Shown: piece by piece, positions 47,641-56,342 of the stretch
How positions within the stretch are numbered: the first letter of the stretch is position 1
Layout of the letters: every line of letters starts with the position of its first letter
Source: a virus
Taxonomy: Duplodnaviria; Caudoviricetes
Strand: one strand, 5' to 3'
IMG/VR virus record: IMGVR_UViG_3300029327_000042
Span: 1 to 58,660 of that record
DNA length: 58,660 nucleotides
The notes under the pieces: generated by a model
The model's database searches: none
What the model was told of the DNA's origin: nothing
The model's input: only the letters and a program-made list of their open reading frames with translations
Made by a program: the position numbers and the translations under genes

Positions 47641-47920
47641 AGGCGAAGATATTACCAGGCCCCCTTTTCGCAAGGCCGGGCGCGGTATTACCCAAGACCA
47701 CATACTCGTAACCGACGAACTGATCGACTCTTTGGCCAATCGATTTCTGGATGGCAGGGTTCGCGAAATTACCGGATGCACGTTCGAACTCTACATCCTG
47801 CACCCGGAGGCGTGGGAGCGGATCGCAAAGGCCCTCAGGGAGGGCAAGGCGGTCCGATACCAGAAGGGCTATCCGGAAATCATCGAAGTGATTGTGCCCG
47901 GAAGGTCAGTCGTCGACTAG
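47624..47920 (+). CDS. hypothetical phage protein
   Basis: Start follows GGGAACAGGCAATG; tiles the operon. Confidence 0.55.
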   Translation: MNEMCRGEDITRPPFRKAGRGITQDHILVTDELIDSLANRFLDGRVREITGCTFELYILHPEAWERIAKALREGKAVRYQKGYPEIIEVIVPGRSVVD

Positions 47921-47932
47921 AAAGGATCCGGC

Positions 47933-48307
47933 GTGAGCAACGATCCCGAAAACAGGCTGCTTAAAGCTTTGTCCCACCATCACGGCCGTGCCAGGGCGAT
48001 CTCGATGCCCGCACTTTTCCATGCCGTCTACGACAAGCCGATGGGTGACAAGATCAATGGGACCCGAGCCCTGCGCGACCTGGTGACGAAGTTGCGCAAG
48101 GAAGGGATCCCCATTTGTTCTACCGCCTCTCAGGACGGCGGGGGCTACTACCTTGCCAGCGCCGGGTCCGACCTCGATGAATACTGCCGCAAGCTCAAAA
48201 TCCAGGGTCTCAAAAAGCTCGCCATAGTTGCCAAGCTGCAAAACAGGGCACTGCCGGAATTGATCGGGCAAATATCGATCAACCTGGCCAGGGACGAAAA
48301 GATCTAG
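47933..48307 (+). CDS. winged-HTH phage protein
   Basis: RALRDLVTKLRKEGIPICS...GGYYLA. Confidence 0.7.
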   Translation: MSNDPENRLLKALSHHHGRARAISMPALFHAVYDKPMGDKINGTRALRDLVTKLRKEGIPICSTASQDGGGYYLASAGSDLDEYCRKLKIQGLKKLAIVAKLQNRALPELIGQISINLARDEKI

Positions 48308-48325
48308 CTGCAAAGGGAGACAGGC

Positions 48326-48439
48326 ATGTTTCAGCGCATAAGGCTTTTTCTCTACATTTGGTGGCGCAATGACTGCTCGATATCAATGGCCTGGTGGCTG
48401 GCGGGCAACGTCGAGAAGTTCTGCGAGGATTCAGATTAG
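48326..48439 (+). CDS. 37-aa peptide (not in ORF track)
   Basis: Preceded by the shared GGGAGACAGGCATG motif; MFQRIRLFLYIWWRNDCSISMAWWLAGNVEKFCEDSD. Confidence 0.45.
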   Translation: MFQRIRLFLYIWWRNDCSISMAWWLAGNVEKFCEDSD

Positions 48440-48497
48440 CCGCGGGGGACGCGGAGAGCGCGGAAACATAACTCCGCGCCCTCTGAGTCCTCTGCGG
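48440..48497. repeat. 25-bp imperfect stem-loop, REP-like
   Basis: CCGCGGGGGACGCGGAGAGCGCGGA-aacataac-TCCGCGCCCTCTGAGTCCTCTGCGG. Confidence 0.7.
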
Positions 48498-48525
48498 TGA
48501 ATCAAAAATAGAAAGGGAAACAGGC

Positions 48526-49026
48526 ATGGCTGAACCGGCAAGAAAACTTGATTATCCGACCGCTGCCCACAAGATCGCGGACGGATACCTGGAAGACATC
48601 GCGGCAACCACGCTGGCGCTTAAGAAAATGGAAGTTGAATGGAAGGCCGAACTCGATCAGCTGGCCACCAGGTGGAAGGCCAAAATGGCCCCGCAGAAGG
48701 CCCTGCTCGGCGAGCTTGAAGTCCAGATCGAAAAGCACATGAAGGTCAACCGGAATCAGCTTTTCGACGGTACCGACCGGGTCGACCTGGCAAACGGGGC
48801 TCTCATCTTTGCCGTTATCAAGAGGGTCAAGCGCGCGCGAAACCTCCTGGAGCGCCTTGAGAAGATCAATGCCGATGATGCGATCGCGATCACCAAGTCG
48901 GTTGATTGGGAGAAGCTCGAAACATGGACAGACGAGCGGCTGCTCGAAATCGGGACAGAGCGCGTCAAGGAGGACAAGTTCTCGTGGGAACTCCGGGAGG
49001 ATAAGAATGGGCCTGCCAAAAATTAA
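48526..49026 (+). CDS. gam: Mu Gam-like host-nuclease inhibitor
   Basis: Coiled coil, then LFDGTDRVDLANGALIF...SVDWEKL...KEDKFSWE. Confidence 0.8.
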   Translation: MAEPARKLDYPTAAHKIADGYLEDIAATTLALKKMEVEWKAELDQLATRWKAKMAPQKALLGELEVQIEKHMKVNRNQLFDGTDRVDLANGALIFAVIKRVKRARNLLERLEKINADDAIAITKSVDWEKLETWTDERLLEIGTERVKEDKFSWELREDKNGPAKN

Positions 49027-49333
49027 TATCGGACTGGCAAGGAGGGGGCGGGGCGGCTCGTTAGCGGAGCTTTTGCTTGGAGTGGAAGGCCGCGAAGGCT
49101 CAACTGCATTGATTGATGGTTATGCAACCCCTCGCGATGCATGCCGAAGCGCTGCGAAAAAACTTCGCATCCTCGCGGAAAAGTTCGAGCTGCTCGGGCA
49201 ACAGAAAGATCAGTACCGAGCGTCGGTGCAGGATCGCATCAATAAGATGACGGCATCCGGAAGGGCCTCCGCGCTCGGAGCCTGCCCCGGCAGCGCTTTT
49301 GAGCCGGGGGAGTCTGCGGTTAACGAAGATTAG
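49007..49333 (+). CDS. hypothetical phage protein
   Basis: GGAGG RBS; overlaps the gam stop. Confidence 0.5.
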   Translation: MGLPKINIGLARRGRGGSLAELLLGVEGREGSTALIDGYATPRDACRSAAKKLRILAEKFELLGQQKDQYRASVQDRINKMTASGRASALGACPGSAFEPGESAVNED

Positions 49334-49412
49334 GAAAGGCGAGACGATGGGAAAACAGGCGGGGGGGGGCACTTGCCGGCGCTGTCAGAAACTAAAGAAA
49401 AAGGGGTAGCCC

Positions 49413-49616
49413 TTGGCTGAACAAGTATCCGGCATAGCCGGCAAAATTGCATGCAGGGAATGCCATAACTTCAGGCAGGGGCACGGATCTGTGGCCGCCC
49501 TGGGAATCTGTCAGTCAAGACCGTGGGACGGTCACCGCGGGCAGTGGCCGTTCCGCCGGCATGCATGTCGTAGTTTTCGCTCTGCGGTCTCTACGCCCGC
49601 TGCGGTGAAAAACTGA
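49413..49616 (+). CDS. small Cys-rich protein
   Basis: CRECHNF...GIC...HACRSF. Confidence 0.55.
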   Translation: MAEQVSGIAGKIACRECHNFRQGHGSVAALGICQSRPWDGHRGQWPFRRHACRSFRSAVSTPAAVKN

Positions 49617-50125
49617 TGCGCGGCGTTTGTCCGGGCTGCGGCCTGGTAGCCGACCTGGAGGCTTTCCTCACCGACGCCGACTGGCGGGCCGTGGTCGATT
49701 TCTTTCCGAACATCCCGGCGCAGCTTCAGCGCCGCTCGATCTCCTTTCTTGGCCTTTTCCGGGGCAAAAACGCGCTTCGGCCGTCGACGGCCCTCAAGAT
49801 CCTCCGAGGCCTCCAGGAGCTTGCCACCAGTGGATCGGTCAAATGGGAAGGCTGCGAGACCAGGCCCGCGCCCGTCGAGTTATGGATTGAAGCAATCGAC
49901 GCGATGATCGAGTCCGGCAAGCGCGGCTTCACGGACCGGCAGGGCCTCAATTATCTGCGGCATACCGCCTGGGTAAAGGCGGAAGGGCTTGCGCGAAAAA
50001 CCGAATCCAGGCGCGAGATCGAGCGGAGACACCGGGTGGAGGACCCGGTGGATAGTCCTCCGGCAACCGAAGAGGAGCGTAAGGCAGTTAAGGACATGAT
50101 GAAGCAATTTTTGGGGAAATCGTAG
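49616..50125 (+). CDS. hypothetical Mu-like phage protein (N-terminal CPxCG)
   Basis: MRGVCPGCG...FLGLFR...LNYL. Confidence 0.7.
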   Translation: MRGVCPGCGLVADLEAFLTDADWRAVVDFFPNIPAQLQRRSISFLGLFRGKNALRPSTALKILRGLQELATSGSVKWEGCETRPAPVELWIEAIDAMIESGKRGFTDRQGLNYLRHTAWVKAEGLARKTESRREIERRHRVEDPVDSPPATEEERKAVKDMMKQFLGKS

Positions 50126-50162
50126 GGTGGGCAGCCTCTGCCCACCGGGGAGGGAAACAGGC

Positions 50163-50468
50163 ATGGCGGAGGAGGAAGTTCTGAAGGGGCTTGAGGCGTC
50201 CCGGCGAAAAGGGGTCGACCGGATGCGCGACAACGCCTGTTTTATTCTGGCCCAGATCCTCAAGAAGCGGATGGTCTCAATTGAGGAACTGGCCGATGAG
50301 AGCGGGCTTTGCTCGCGCACCATTTACAGGTGGGTCGAGTCATTGAGCTTTCAATTCCCGATCACGATAAACGGCGGGGTCGTCTACGTCGCTGACAATT
50401 TCGACCTGCAGCGGTTGCACCAGGCAAAATTATTTTCAGAACCGGAAAAAAAGTTAAAGGCGTTTTGA
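50163..50468 (+). CDS. HTH regulator, positional candidate for late activator
   Basis: SIEELADESGLCSRTIYRWV; last gene before the lysis module. Confidence 0.65.
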   Translation: MAEEEVLKGLEASRRKGVDRMRDNACFILAQILKKRMVSIEELADESGLCSRTIYRWVESLSFQFPITINGGVVYVADNFDLQRLHQAKLFSEPEKKLKAF

Positions 50469-50682
50469 CAACCCTGGTCACGAGCGTGTGCTAAGGGTTG
50501 TCTCGCCTGTTTCCCAACCGAGGGATCAAGGGGGCCGGAATTCTGGAGGGGGCTCCGGTTCCCTTGACTCTCGGCGTAGCCCCTCGAACATCACAGGCAG
50601 CGAGCCTCTAGATGATAGGGCGGATGCGGCAAACCACCATCCGCCCACCCATCTTCCCCTCCGCATCGGGAGGGGGAATCCC

Positions 50683-51333
50683 ATGAAGCTTACACCCGAA
50701 GGACTCCAACTACTCCTCGACGGCGAAGTCGGCGGCGGCTGGAAGTACTATGAGAAGTTCTGCCTTCATCCGGTGGTGCCCGGCGGCAAAGATACCAACT
50801 CCGGCATTACCCTCGGGATCGGCTACGACTGCGGGGCCCAATCAACCGGCACATTTCTTACTGAATGGGAAGATTTCCTCTCGCAAGCCGATCTTGCAAG
50901 ACTTCTTACGGTAGTCGGGCTGCGCGGTGCCGAGGCGAAGCGATGGCTGCCCATTTTGAAGGATATCACTATTCCCTGGGATGCCGCTCTCGAACAGTTC
51001 GAACGCTATAGCGTGCCTCGCTACTGGGCGGCAACTCAACAGGCATTCCCCGGCGTAACAGAAGCCCCGCCATGTGTCCAGGAAGCACTTCTCTCCCTCG
51101 TTTTCAACCGAGGCCCCTCGATGGCCGGAGCACGGCGAATCGAAATGCGCTTTATCCGCATCGCGGTTGCCGCCGGGCAATGGTCGCAGATCCCAGTCGA
51201 GTTGCGCGAAATGAAGCGGCTATGGCCGGATACCAAGGGCCTCCAGAATCGCAGGGAAGCAGAAGCACGCCACATAGAAATCGGACTGGCGAAGAGCAAC
51301 TCACCGCAGAGCGCACAGAGTGCGCAGAGCTAA
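50683..51333 (+). CDS. endolysin (lysozyme GH24/pesticin-like)
   Basis: LLLDGEVGG, SGITLGIGYDCG, ALLSLVFNRG, GLQNRREAEA. Confidence 0.85.
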   Translation: MKLTPEGLQLLLDGEVGGGWKYYEKFCLHPVVPGGKDTNSGITLGIGYDCGAQSTGTFLTEWEDFLSQADLARLLTVVGLRGAEAKRWLPILKDITIPWDAALEQFERYSVPRYWAATQQAFPGVTEAPPCVQEALLSLVFNRGPSMAGARRIEMRFIRIAVAAGQWSQIPVELREMKRLWPDTKGLQNRREAEARHIEIGLAKSNSPQSAQSAQS

Positions 51334-51349
51334 AAACAGGGAGTAGACA

Positions 51350-51769
51350 ATGATGTTGAAACGTTTTGTTTGTAAGTCGAGGAAGGTCCAGGTTCTGGCG
51401 ATTTGTCTCCTTTTGGTTATGGCCGGGTGCGCGGGAAGCCTGCCGTCGGGCGATGGCCAACCTCAGTCCTCGGATGTTGCCAACTTCGCATCGAATTGGC
51501 TGACGGGTCTTACCAGTTCAATCGCGCAGAATGCTCCGGCGGCGATCAGCACTCTTTGCGCATCGGGCGCAATGAGCTCGGAGGAATGCGGCTACGCGGC
51601 CCTTGGCCAGTCTCTTCTTCCGGCCTTTGTTGGAGTGGCCCAGAGCGCGCTCACCAACTTCAAGGCGCAGCCCACTGCCGAAAACCAGAAGGCGCTCGAT
51701 ACCGCTATGGCCCCGGTCTACACGGCTGCAAAGACTTTGGGGGGAGGGGCAACTCCGGCAGCGCCCTGA
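51350..51769 (+). CDS. lipoprotein in lysis module
   Basis: Lipobox LVMAGC. Confidence 0.7.
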   Translation: MMLKRFVCKSRKVQVLAICLLLVMAGCAGSLPSGDGQPQSSDVANFASNWLTGLTSSIAQNAPAAISTLCASGAMSSEECGYAALGQSLLPAFVGVAQSALTNFKAQPTAENQKALDTAMAPVYTAAKTLGGGATPAAP

Positions 51770-51897
51770 CCGGATTGCATGACCTTTCCGGGCTGGGAAG
51801 ATCAGAGTCAGACATGGAGCAACCCTCTTTGGACTGGATCTCTGGGCGAGCCTGGCCCGGATTTCTACATCAACATCATTAACCGGAGGTTTTGAAC

Positions 51898-52089
51898 ATG
51901 CCCCGAGGATGGATGACAAAAACAGGAGCCGTTTTATCGGCTTTATCGGGTGCGATTCTCGGCGCGGTGCAGGTTTGTCCGGTCGCCGAATGGCAGCCCT
52001 GGATGACCTTCGCGGCCACGATCCTGGGCGGCCTCGGAGTAGCGCTCATCGGCCAGGGAATCAGACGCAATCTTCCTACAAGCAAATAG
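51898..52089 (+). CDS. holin-like 2-TM protein
   Basis: GWMTKTGA...two TM helices...GIRR; GGAGG RBS. Confidence 0.65.
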   Translation: MPRGWMTKTGAVLSALSGAILGAVQVCPVAEWQPWMTFAATILGGLGVALIGQGIRRNLPTSK

Positions 52090-52097
52090 GGGTAGTC

Positions 52098-52454
52098 ATG
52101 GATGGCGCTGTTTTAGATCTGGCCGTTAAGATCGTTTCCGGCTTCGGCATTCCGGGCATCATTTTCGTGGTCTGGTACTACAGCGAGAAAAGCCACGAGA
52201 AGACCTTGGCGATCTATCGCGATGACACGTTGAGGCAGCAAAAGATCTTCGAGGAGGGTTTGGGCGAGGTCCGGCGCATGTATGAAAACAATGCCGAGCT
52301 GGTCAGGCGGTTTGCAGCACTGGCTGGTGACCAGAAAGACATCCTCCTCATGAACGCTCAGGGCTACGCGAAGCTGTGCGACCAGGTCGCCACCAACCAA
52401 TTCTGTCCAATGGTCAGGCTCAAAAAACAGGCAAGCGGGAGGGAAGAAGGATGA
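52098..52454 (+). CDS. membrane-anchored phage protein
   Basis: FGIPGIIFVVWYY...MYENN...CPMVR. Confidence 0.7.
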   Translation: MDGAVLDLAVKIVSGFGIPGIIFVVWYYSEKSHEKTLAIYRDDTLRQQKIFEEGLGEVRRMYENNAELVRRFAALAGDQKDILLMNAQGYAKLCDQVATNQFCPMVRLKKQASGREEG

Positions 52455-52714
52455 GCGAACGACTGATGGCCCAGGGGAAGCTCCAGGAGCTAAAGCTCCA
52501 GGTCGAGCAGCGAAAACTTGCAGTGGAAGAGGCCAGGCGAGCCATACGCGAGGCGACCAGTCCCATAGTTGATACGCAGCACCTAGAGTCCGACAGAGTG
52601 CTGTTCCTTGCGGGCGAACTGGCCCTAGCACTGGAATCGACCGAGGATGGCCGCCTCGGACTCAGGCCCCTGCTCGCTGAAATAGCGAAGCTTTGCAAGG
52701 AATACGGCCTATGA
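52451..52714 (+). CDS. coiled-coil phage protein
   Basis: ATGA-coupled on both sides. Confidence 0.65.
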   Translation: MSERLMAQGKLQELKLQVEQRKLAVEEARRAIREATSPIVDTQHLESDRVLFLAGELALALESTEDGRLGLRPLLAEIAKLCKEYGL

Positions 52715-53226
52715 ACCACCGCGAGTTGCTGCTCAGTGCCTCAAAAAAGGCGAGGTTCGCATTCCTGTCCCTGCCCGAGGGTCTCCAGGATGAAATAATC
52801 GCAGGTCTGGACGGGCAGACCCTTACCCTGCAATCAGCATCCGCGCTGGTCAAAGAGCGCGGTCATAGCCTGAGCCATGAAGGCATCGCGGGCTATTACC
52901 GGGCGCTTCGAACGGAGAGGCGGCTCCTGGGAGTGCGCGAGGAGATGTCGCGCATTATCGCCGAATACGCCAAGAAGCCACACAAAGAGGCACTGGAAAG
53001 TCTGGTCAACCTGGCCATCGCAACAGCGGCGACCGGTTTGGTTGATGGTTCGACGAAAATGAAAATCGACCTGGCGGCCCTGGTCAAGGCGCTGCCGCAG
53101 GATCAGCCTGCTCCCGTACAGCCGGAGCCACAGGCCGGTGAACAGAAGCAATCGCCCGAGTCTGGACCCGGACTCAGCGAACAGGCGGCCGAAGAGATCC
53201 GCAAAAAGGTGCTTGGAATAAGATGA
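52711..53226 (+). CDS. Mu gp27-like (DUF3486) small terminase
   Basis: LPEGLQDEI...GHSLSHEGIAGY...GLSEQAAEEIRKKVLGI; sits before the terminase. Confidence 0.75.
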   Translation: MNHRELLLSASKKARFAFLSLPEGLQDEIIAGLDGQTLTLQSASALVKERGHSLSHEGIAGYYRALRTERRLLGVREEMSRIIAEYAKKPHKEALESLVNLAIATAATGLVDGSTKMKIDLAALVKALPQDQPAPVQPEPQAGEQKQSPESGPGLSEQAAEEIRKKVLGIR

Positions 53227-54686
53227 GCGAAATTCCCGACCTCCTCATGCCCTACCAGAAGGCCTGGATCGCCGATAAGGCCCCGGTCAAACTGTGCGAG
53301 AAATCGCGCCGCGTCGGGCTTTCCTGGTGCGAAGCGGCGGACGATGTGCTCGAAGCGGCAAGCACCGGCGGCATGGATGTCTGGTATATCGGCTACAACA
53401 AGGAGATGGCCCTCGAATTCATTAATGATTGCGCCTTCTGGGTCGGCGTCTACGGCGAAGCGGCATCGGCGATGGAAGAAGTCCTGGTCGAGGACGAGGA
53501 CCATGACATCATCGCCTTCAGGATAACTTTTTCAAGCGGCAAGCGTGTGACCGCGCTTTCCTCCAGGCCCTCGAACCTTCGAGGCAAGCAGGGCAAGGTA
53601 GTGATCGATGAGGCCGCTTTCCACAACGACCTTCCAGGGCTGCTCAAGGCCGCAATCGCCCTTCTTATGTGGGGCGGGCGTGTCGTGGTTATCTCCACCC
53701 ACTTCGGCGAGGACAATCCATTCAACGATCTGATCGGAGAGATCCGCGCCGGCAAGAAGCCCTACTCCTTACACAGGATTACGCTCGATGACGCCCTGGC
53801 GCAGGGCCTCTATCGCCGAATCTGCCTCAAAACAAACCAGGAATGGACAGCAGAGGGCGAAGCGGCCTGGCGCCAGGATCTCATAAATTCCTACGGCGAT
53901 GATTCCGATGAGGAACTTTTCTGCATCCCGAGCAAGGGGTCCGGCATCTACCTGCCTCGAAATATTATCGAAGCCTGCATGGATGCCCAAATACCGGTGG
54001 TCCGCTGGAAATGCACGCCGGAATTCGCGGAGCAGCCCGAGGATGCGCGCACCGCCGCCGCCCTTGCCTGGTGCGTCCTATACCTCGATCCGGTCCTGGA
54101 CGTCCTGCCCGAGAACTGGCCAACCTACTTCGGCGAGGATTTCGGCCGCACCGGTGACCTGACGGTGATTGTCCCCCTCCAGGAGCAGCCGTTTCTCACC
54201 TACCGCGATATCTGCCAGATCGAACTTCGAAACGTTCCCTTCAGGCAGCAAGAACAGGTCCTCTTCTATCTTCTCGACCGTCTGCCCAGATTTCGCGGAG
54301 GCGCAATGGACGCGCGCGGAAACGGCCAGTATCTAGCCGAAGTCGCCATGCAGCGCTACGGCTCCTCGCGGATCGCCCAGGTAATGCTCTCCGAGACCTG
54401 GTACCGCGAGAATATGCCCCCGCTCAAAAGCGCCCTTGAAGACCGAAAGATGGCCATTCCGAAAGATGCGGACACCCTGGACGACCTTCGAGCGGTCAAG
54501 ATGGAAAAGGGCGTGGCAAAGGTCCCGGATACCTACAAGGGAAAAGGTCGCGACGGCGGGCAACGCCACGGAGATTCCGCAATAGCTCACGCCCTGGCTT
54601 GGTCGGCAACAAAGATGGCCGGCGGGCCTCCTGAATATGAATCAGTCGGCGAGCGCCGCTTTGCGAATCACAGAGGAGCTTACTAA
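53223..54686 (+). CDS. Mu gp28-like terminase large subunit
   Basis: LMPYQKAW, EKSRRVGLSW, VIDEAAFH, ISTH, GEDFGRTGD, RHGDSAIA. Confidence 0.92.
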   Translation: MSEIPDLLMPYQKAWIADKAPVKLCEKSRRVGLSWCEAADDVLEAASTGGMDVWYIGYNKEMALEFINDCAFWVGVYGEAASAMEEVLVEDEDHDIIAFRITFSSGKRVTALSSRPSNLRGKQGKVVIDEAAFHNDLPGLLKAAIALLMWGGRVVVISTHFGEDNPFNDLIGEIRAGKKPYSLHRITLDDALAQGLYRRICLKTNQEWTAEGEAAWRQDLINSYGDDSDEELFCIPSKGSGIYLPRNIIEACMDAQIPVVRWKCTPEFAEQPEDARTAAALAWCVLYLDPVLDVLPENWPTYFGEDFGRTGDLTVIVPLQEQPFLTYRDICQIELRNVPFRQQEQVLFYLLDRLPRFRGGAMDARGNGQYLAEVAMQRYGSSRIAQVMLSETWYRENMPPLKSALEDRKMAIPKDADTLDDLRAVKMEKGVAKVPDTYKGKGRDGGQRHGDSAIAHALAWSATKMAGGPPEYESVGERRFANHRGAY

Positions 54687-54689
54687 AAA

Positions 54690-56342
54690 ATGCTGCTCGA
54701 TCAGTTCGGCCGAGAGATCCAGATGGGGGATATCAGGACCCCGGAAACCCGCGAAATATCGGTCCAGCTCCTGCGCGACCGCTACAGCACTTATCCCAGC
54801 TCCGGCCTCACGCCCGACCGGCTGGCAACGATCCTCAAGGCCGCCGACCAGGGAGACGTACTCCGCCAGGCGGAACTGTTCGAAGAAATGGAAGAAAAGG
54901 ACGCCCACCTGGCGTCGCAGTTCCAGACCCGCAAATTGGCCGTGCAAGGTCTTTCGTGGGAGATATCGCCGACATCCGAAGATTCCGCCGACAAGAAAAT
55001 TGCGGAATTTTGCAATATGGTTCTCGAAGGCCTGGCCGACCTCGACGATCACATCCTCGATATGCTCGACGCCCTTGGCAAAGGCTACTCGATGATGGAA
55101 ATCATGTGGGATACCTCTTCAGGCCAGGCGAACGTCACCGGGCTCAACTGGATACACGCCAAGAAGCTCACCTTCTGGAACTCCATACACCCCAGGGTGC
55201 TAACCGAAGAAGACCAGGTACAGGGCATCGATCCGCCCCCATTCAAGTTCGTCTACCACCGCTACAAGGCCCGGTCAGGCTATGACACAAGGGCCGGGAT
55301 CATGCGCGTTTGCGCCTTCATGTACCTTTTCAAAAATTATGCAATTAAAGACTGGGTATCGTTTGCTGAAGTATATGGCATGCCGATCCGGGTTGGAAAG
55401 TTCGAGCCGGGTGCATCGAAAGCGGACAAAGACGCCCTGATAAATGCAATCCGCTCGCTCGGAGCCGATGCCGCCGGCATCATATCCAAATCCACCGAAA
55501 TCGAATTTATCGAATCGACCAAGACCAGCTCGCTAAACGTCTACGAAAGCCTGGTAACTTTTTGCGATGCGCAAATGTCAAAGGCCATCCTCGGCCAGAC
55601 GCTCACATCGGAAGCCGGCGGCAGCAAGGGCCAGGGCAGCTTCGCTCTCGGCCAGGTGCATAACGACGTCAGGCAGGACCTGATAGAGGCAGACTGCCGC
55701 GCACTCGGTAAAACCATCACCCAGCAGATCCTCCGTCCCCTGGTCGGCTTTAATTTCGGCTGGGACGCGCCGATACCGCAGTTCCGGTTTCTCTACGAGC
55801 CTCCGGAAGACCTCAAGGCCGCCGCCGATGTGTACAAGATCGTGAGCGACATGGGGCAGCCGATCAGCCAGGAACATATCAGCGAGCGATTTAAGATACC
55901 TCTTCCGAAAGATGGCGAGACGCCCTTAAAGAAGCCGACCCCGCCTCCGCAACCGTTCGGAGGCATGCCGCCCGGATCGCTGCCGGGAATGCAGCCCGAA
56001 AAAAAGCCTCCTGAAGGACCGCCCGAAAACAATCCGCCCGAGGATGAGCCGCCCCCGGCAAAGGCGAAGCGTATCGCAAAAAGTGTTAAGGGGGGCGGCG
56101 AACCGTCCGGTCAGAAGGCAATCGACGCCATGCGCCGAAAGGCATTGCCGAAGGCAACCGATGAGATCCAGGCAATGCTCAAGCCGGTCTTGGACATGAT
56201 TAAAAACGCTGAATCTCTCGAAGAGATCGGCGCGAAAATCTACGCCCTCTATCCGCGCCTGGACGGCGAGCGCTTCCAGCAGCTCCTCGCCCGCGCGATC
56301 CTCGCCTCGGCCCTAACCGGCGGCGCAAGCGAGGGTGAATGA
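54690..56342 (+). CDS. Mu gp29-like portal (DUF935)
   Basis: LLDQFG, LFEEMEEKD, FAEVYGMPIRVGK, MSKAILGQTLT, VHNDVRQD. Confidence 0.92.
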   Translation: MLLDQFGREIQMGDIRTPETREISVQLLRDRYSTYPSSGLTPDRLATILKAADQGDVLRQAELFEEMEEKDAHLASQFQTRKLAVQGLSWEISPTSEDSADKKIAEFCNMVLEGLADLDDHILDMLDALGKGYSMMEIMWDTSSGQANVTGLNWIHAKKLTFWNSIHPRVLTEEDQVQGIDPPPFKFVYHRYKARSGYDTRAGIMRVCAFMYLFKNYAIKDWVSFAEVYGMPIRVGKFEPGASKADKDALINAIRSLGADAAGIISKSTEIEFIESTKTSSLNVYESLVTFCDAQMSKAILGQTLTSEAGGSKGQGSFALGQVHNDVRQDLIEADCRALGKTITQQILRPLVGFNFGWDAPIPQFRFLYEPPEDLKAAADVYKIVSDMGQPISQEHISERFKIPLPKDGETPLKKPTPPPQPFGGMPPGSLPGMQPEKKPPEGPPENNPPEDEPPPAKAKRIAKSVKGGGEPSGQKAIDAMRRKALPKATDEIQAMLKPVLDMIKNAESLEEIGAKIYALYPRLDGERFQQLLARAILASALTGGASEGE

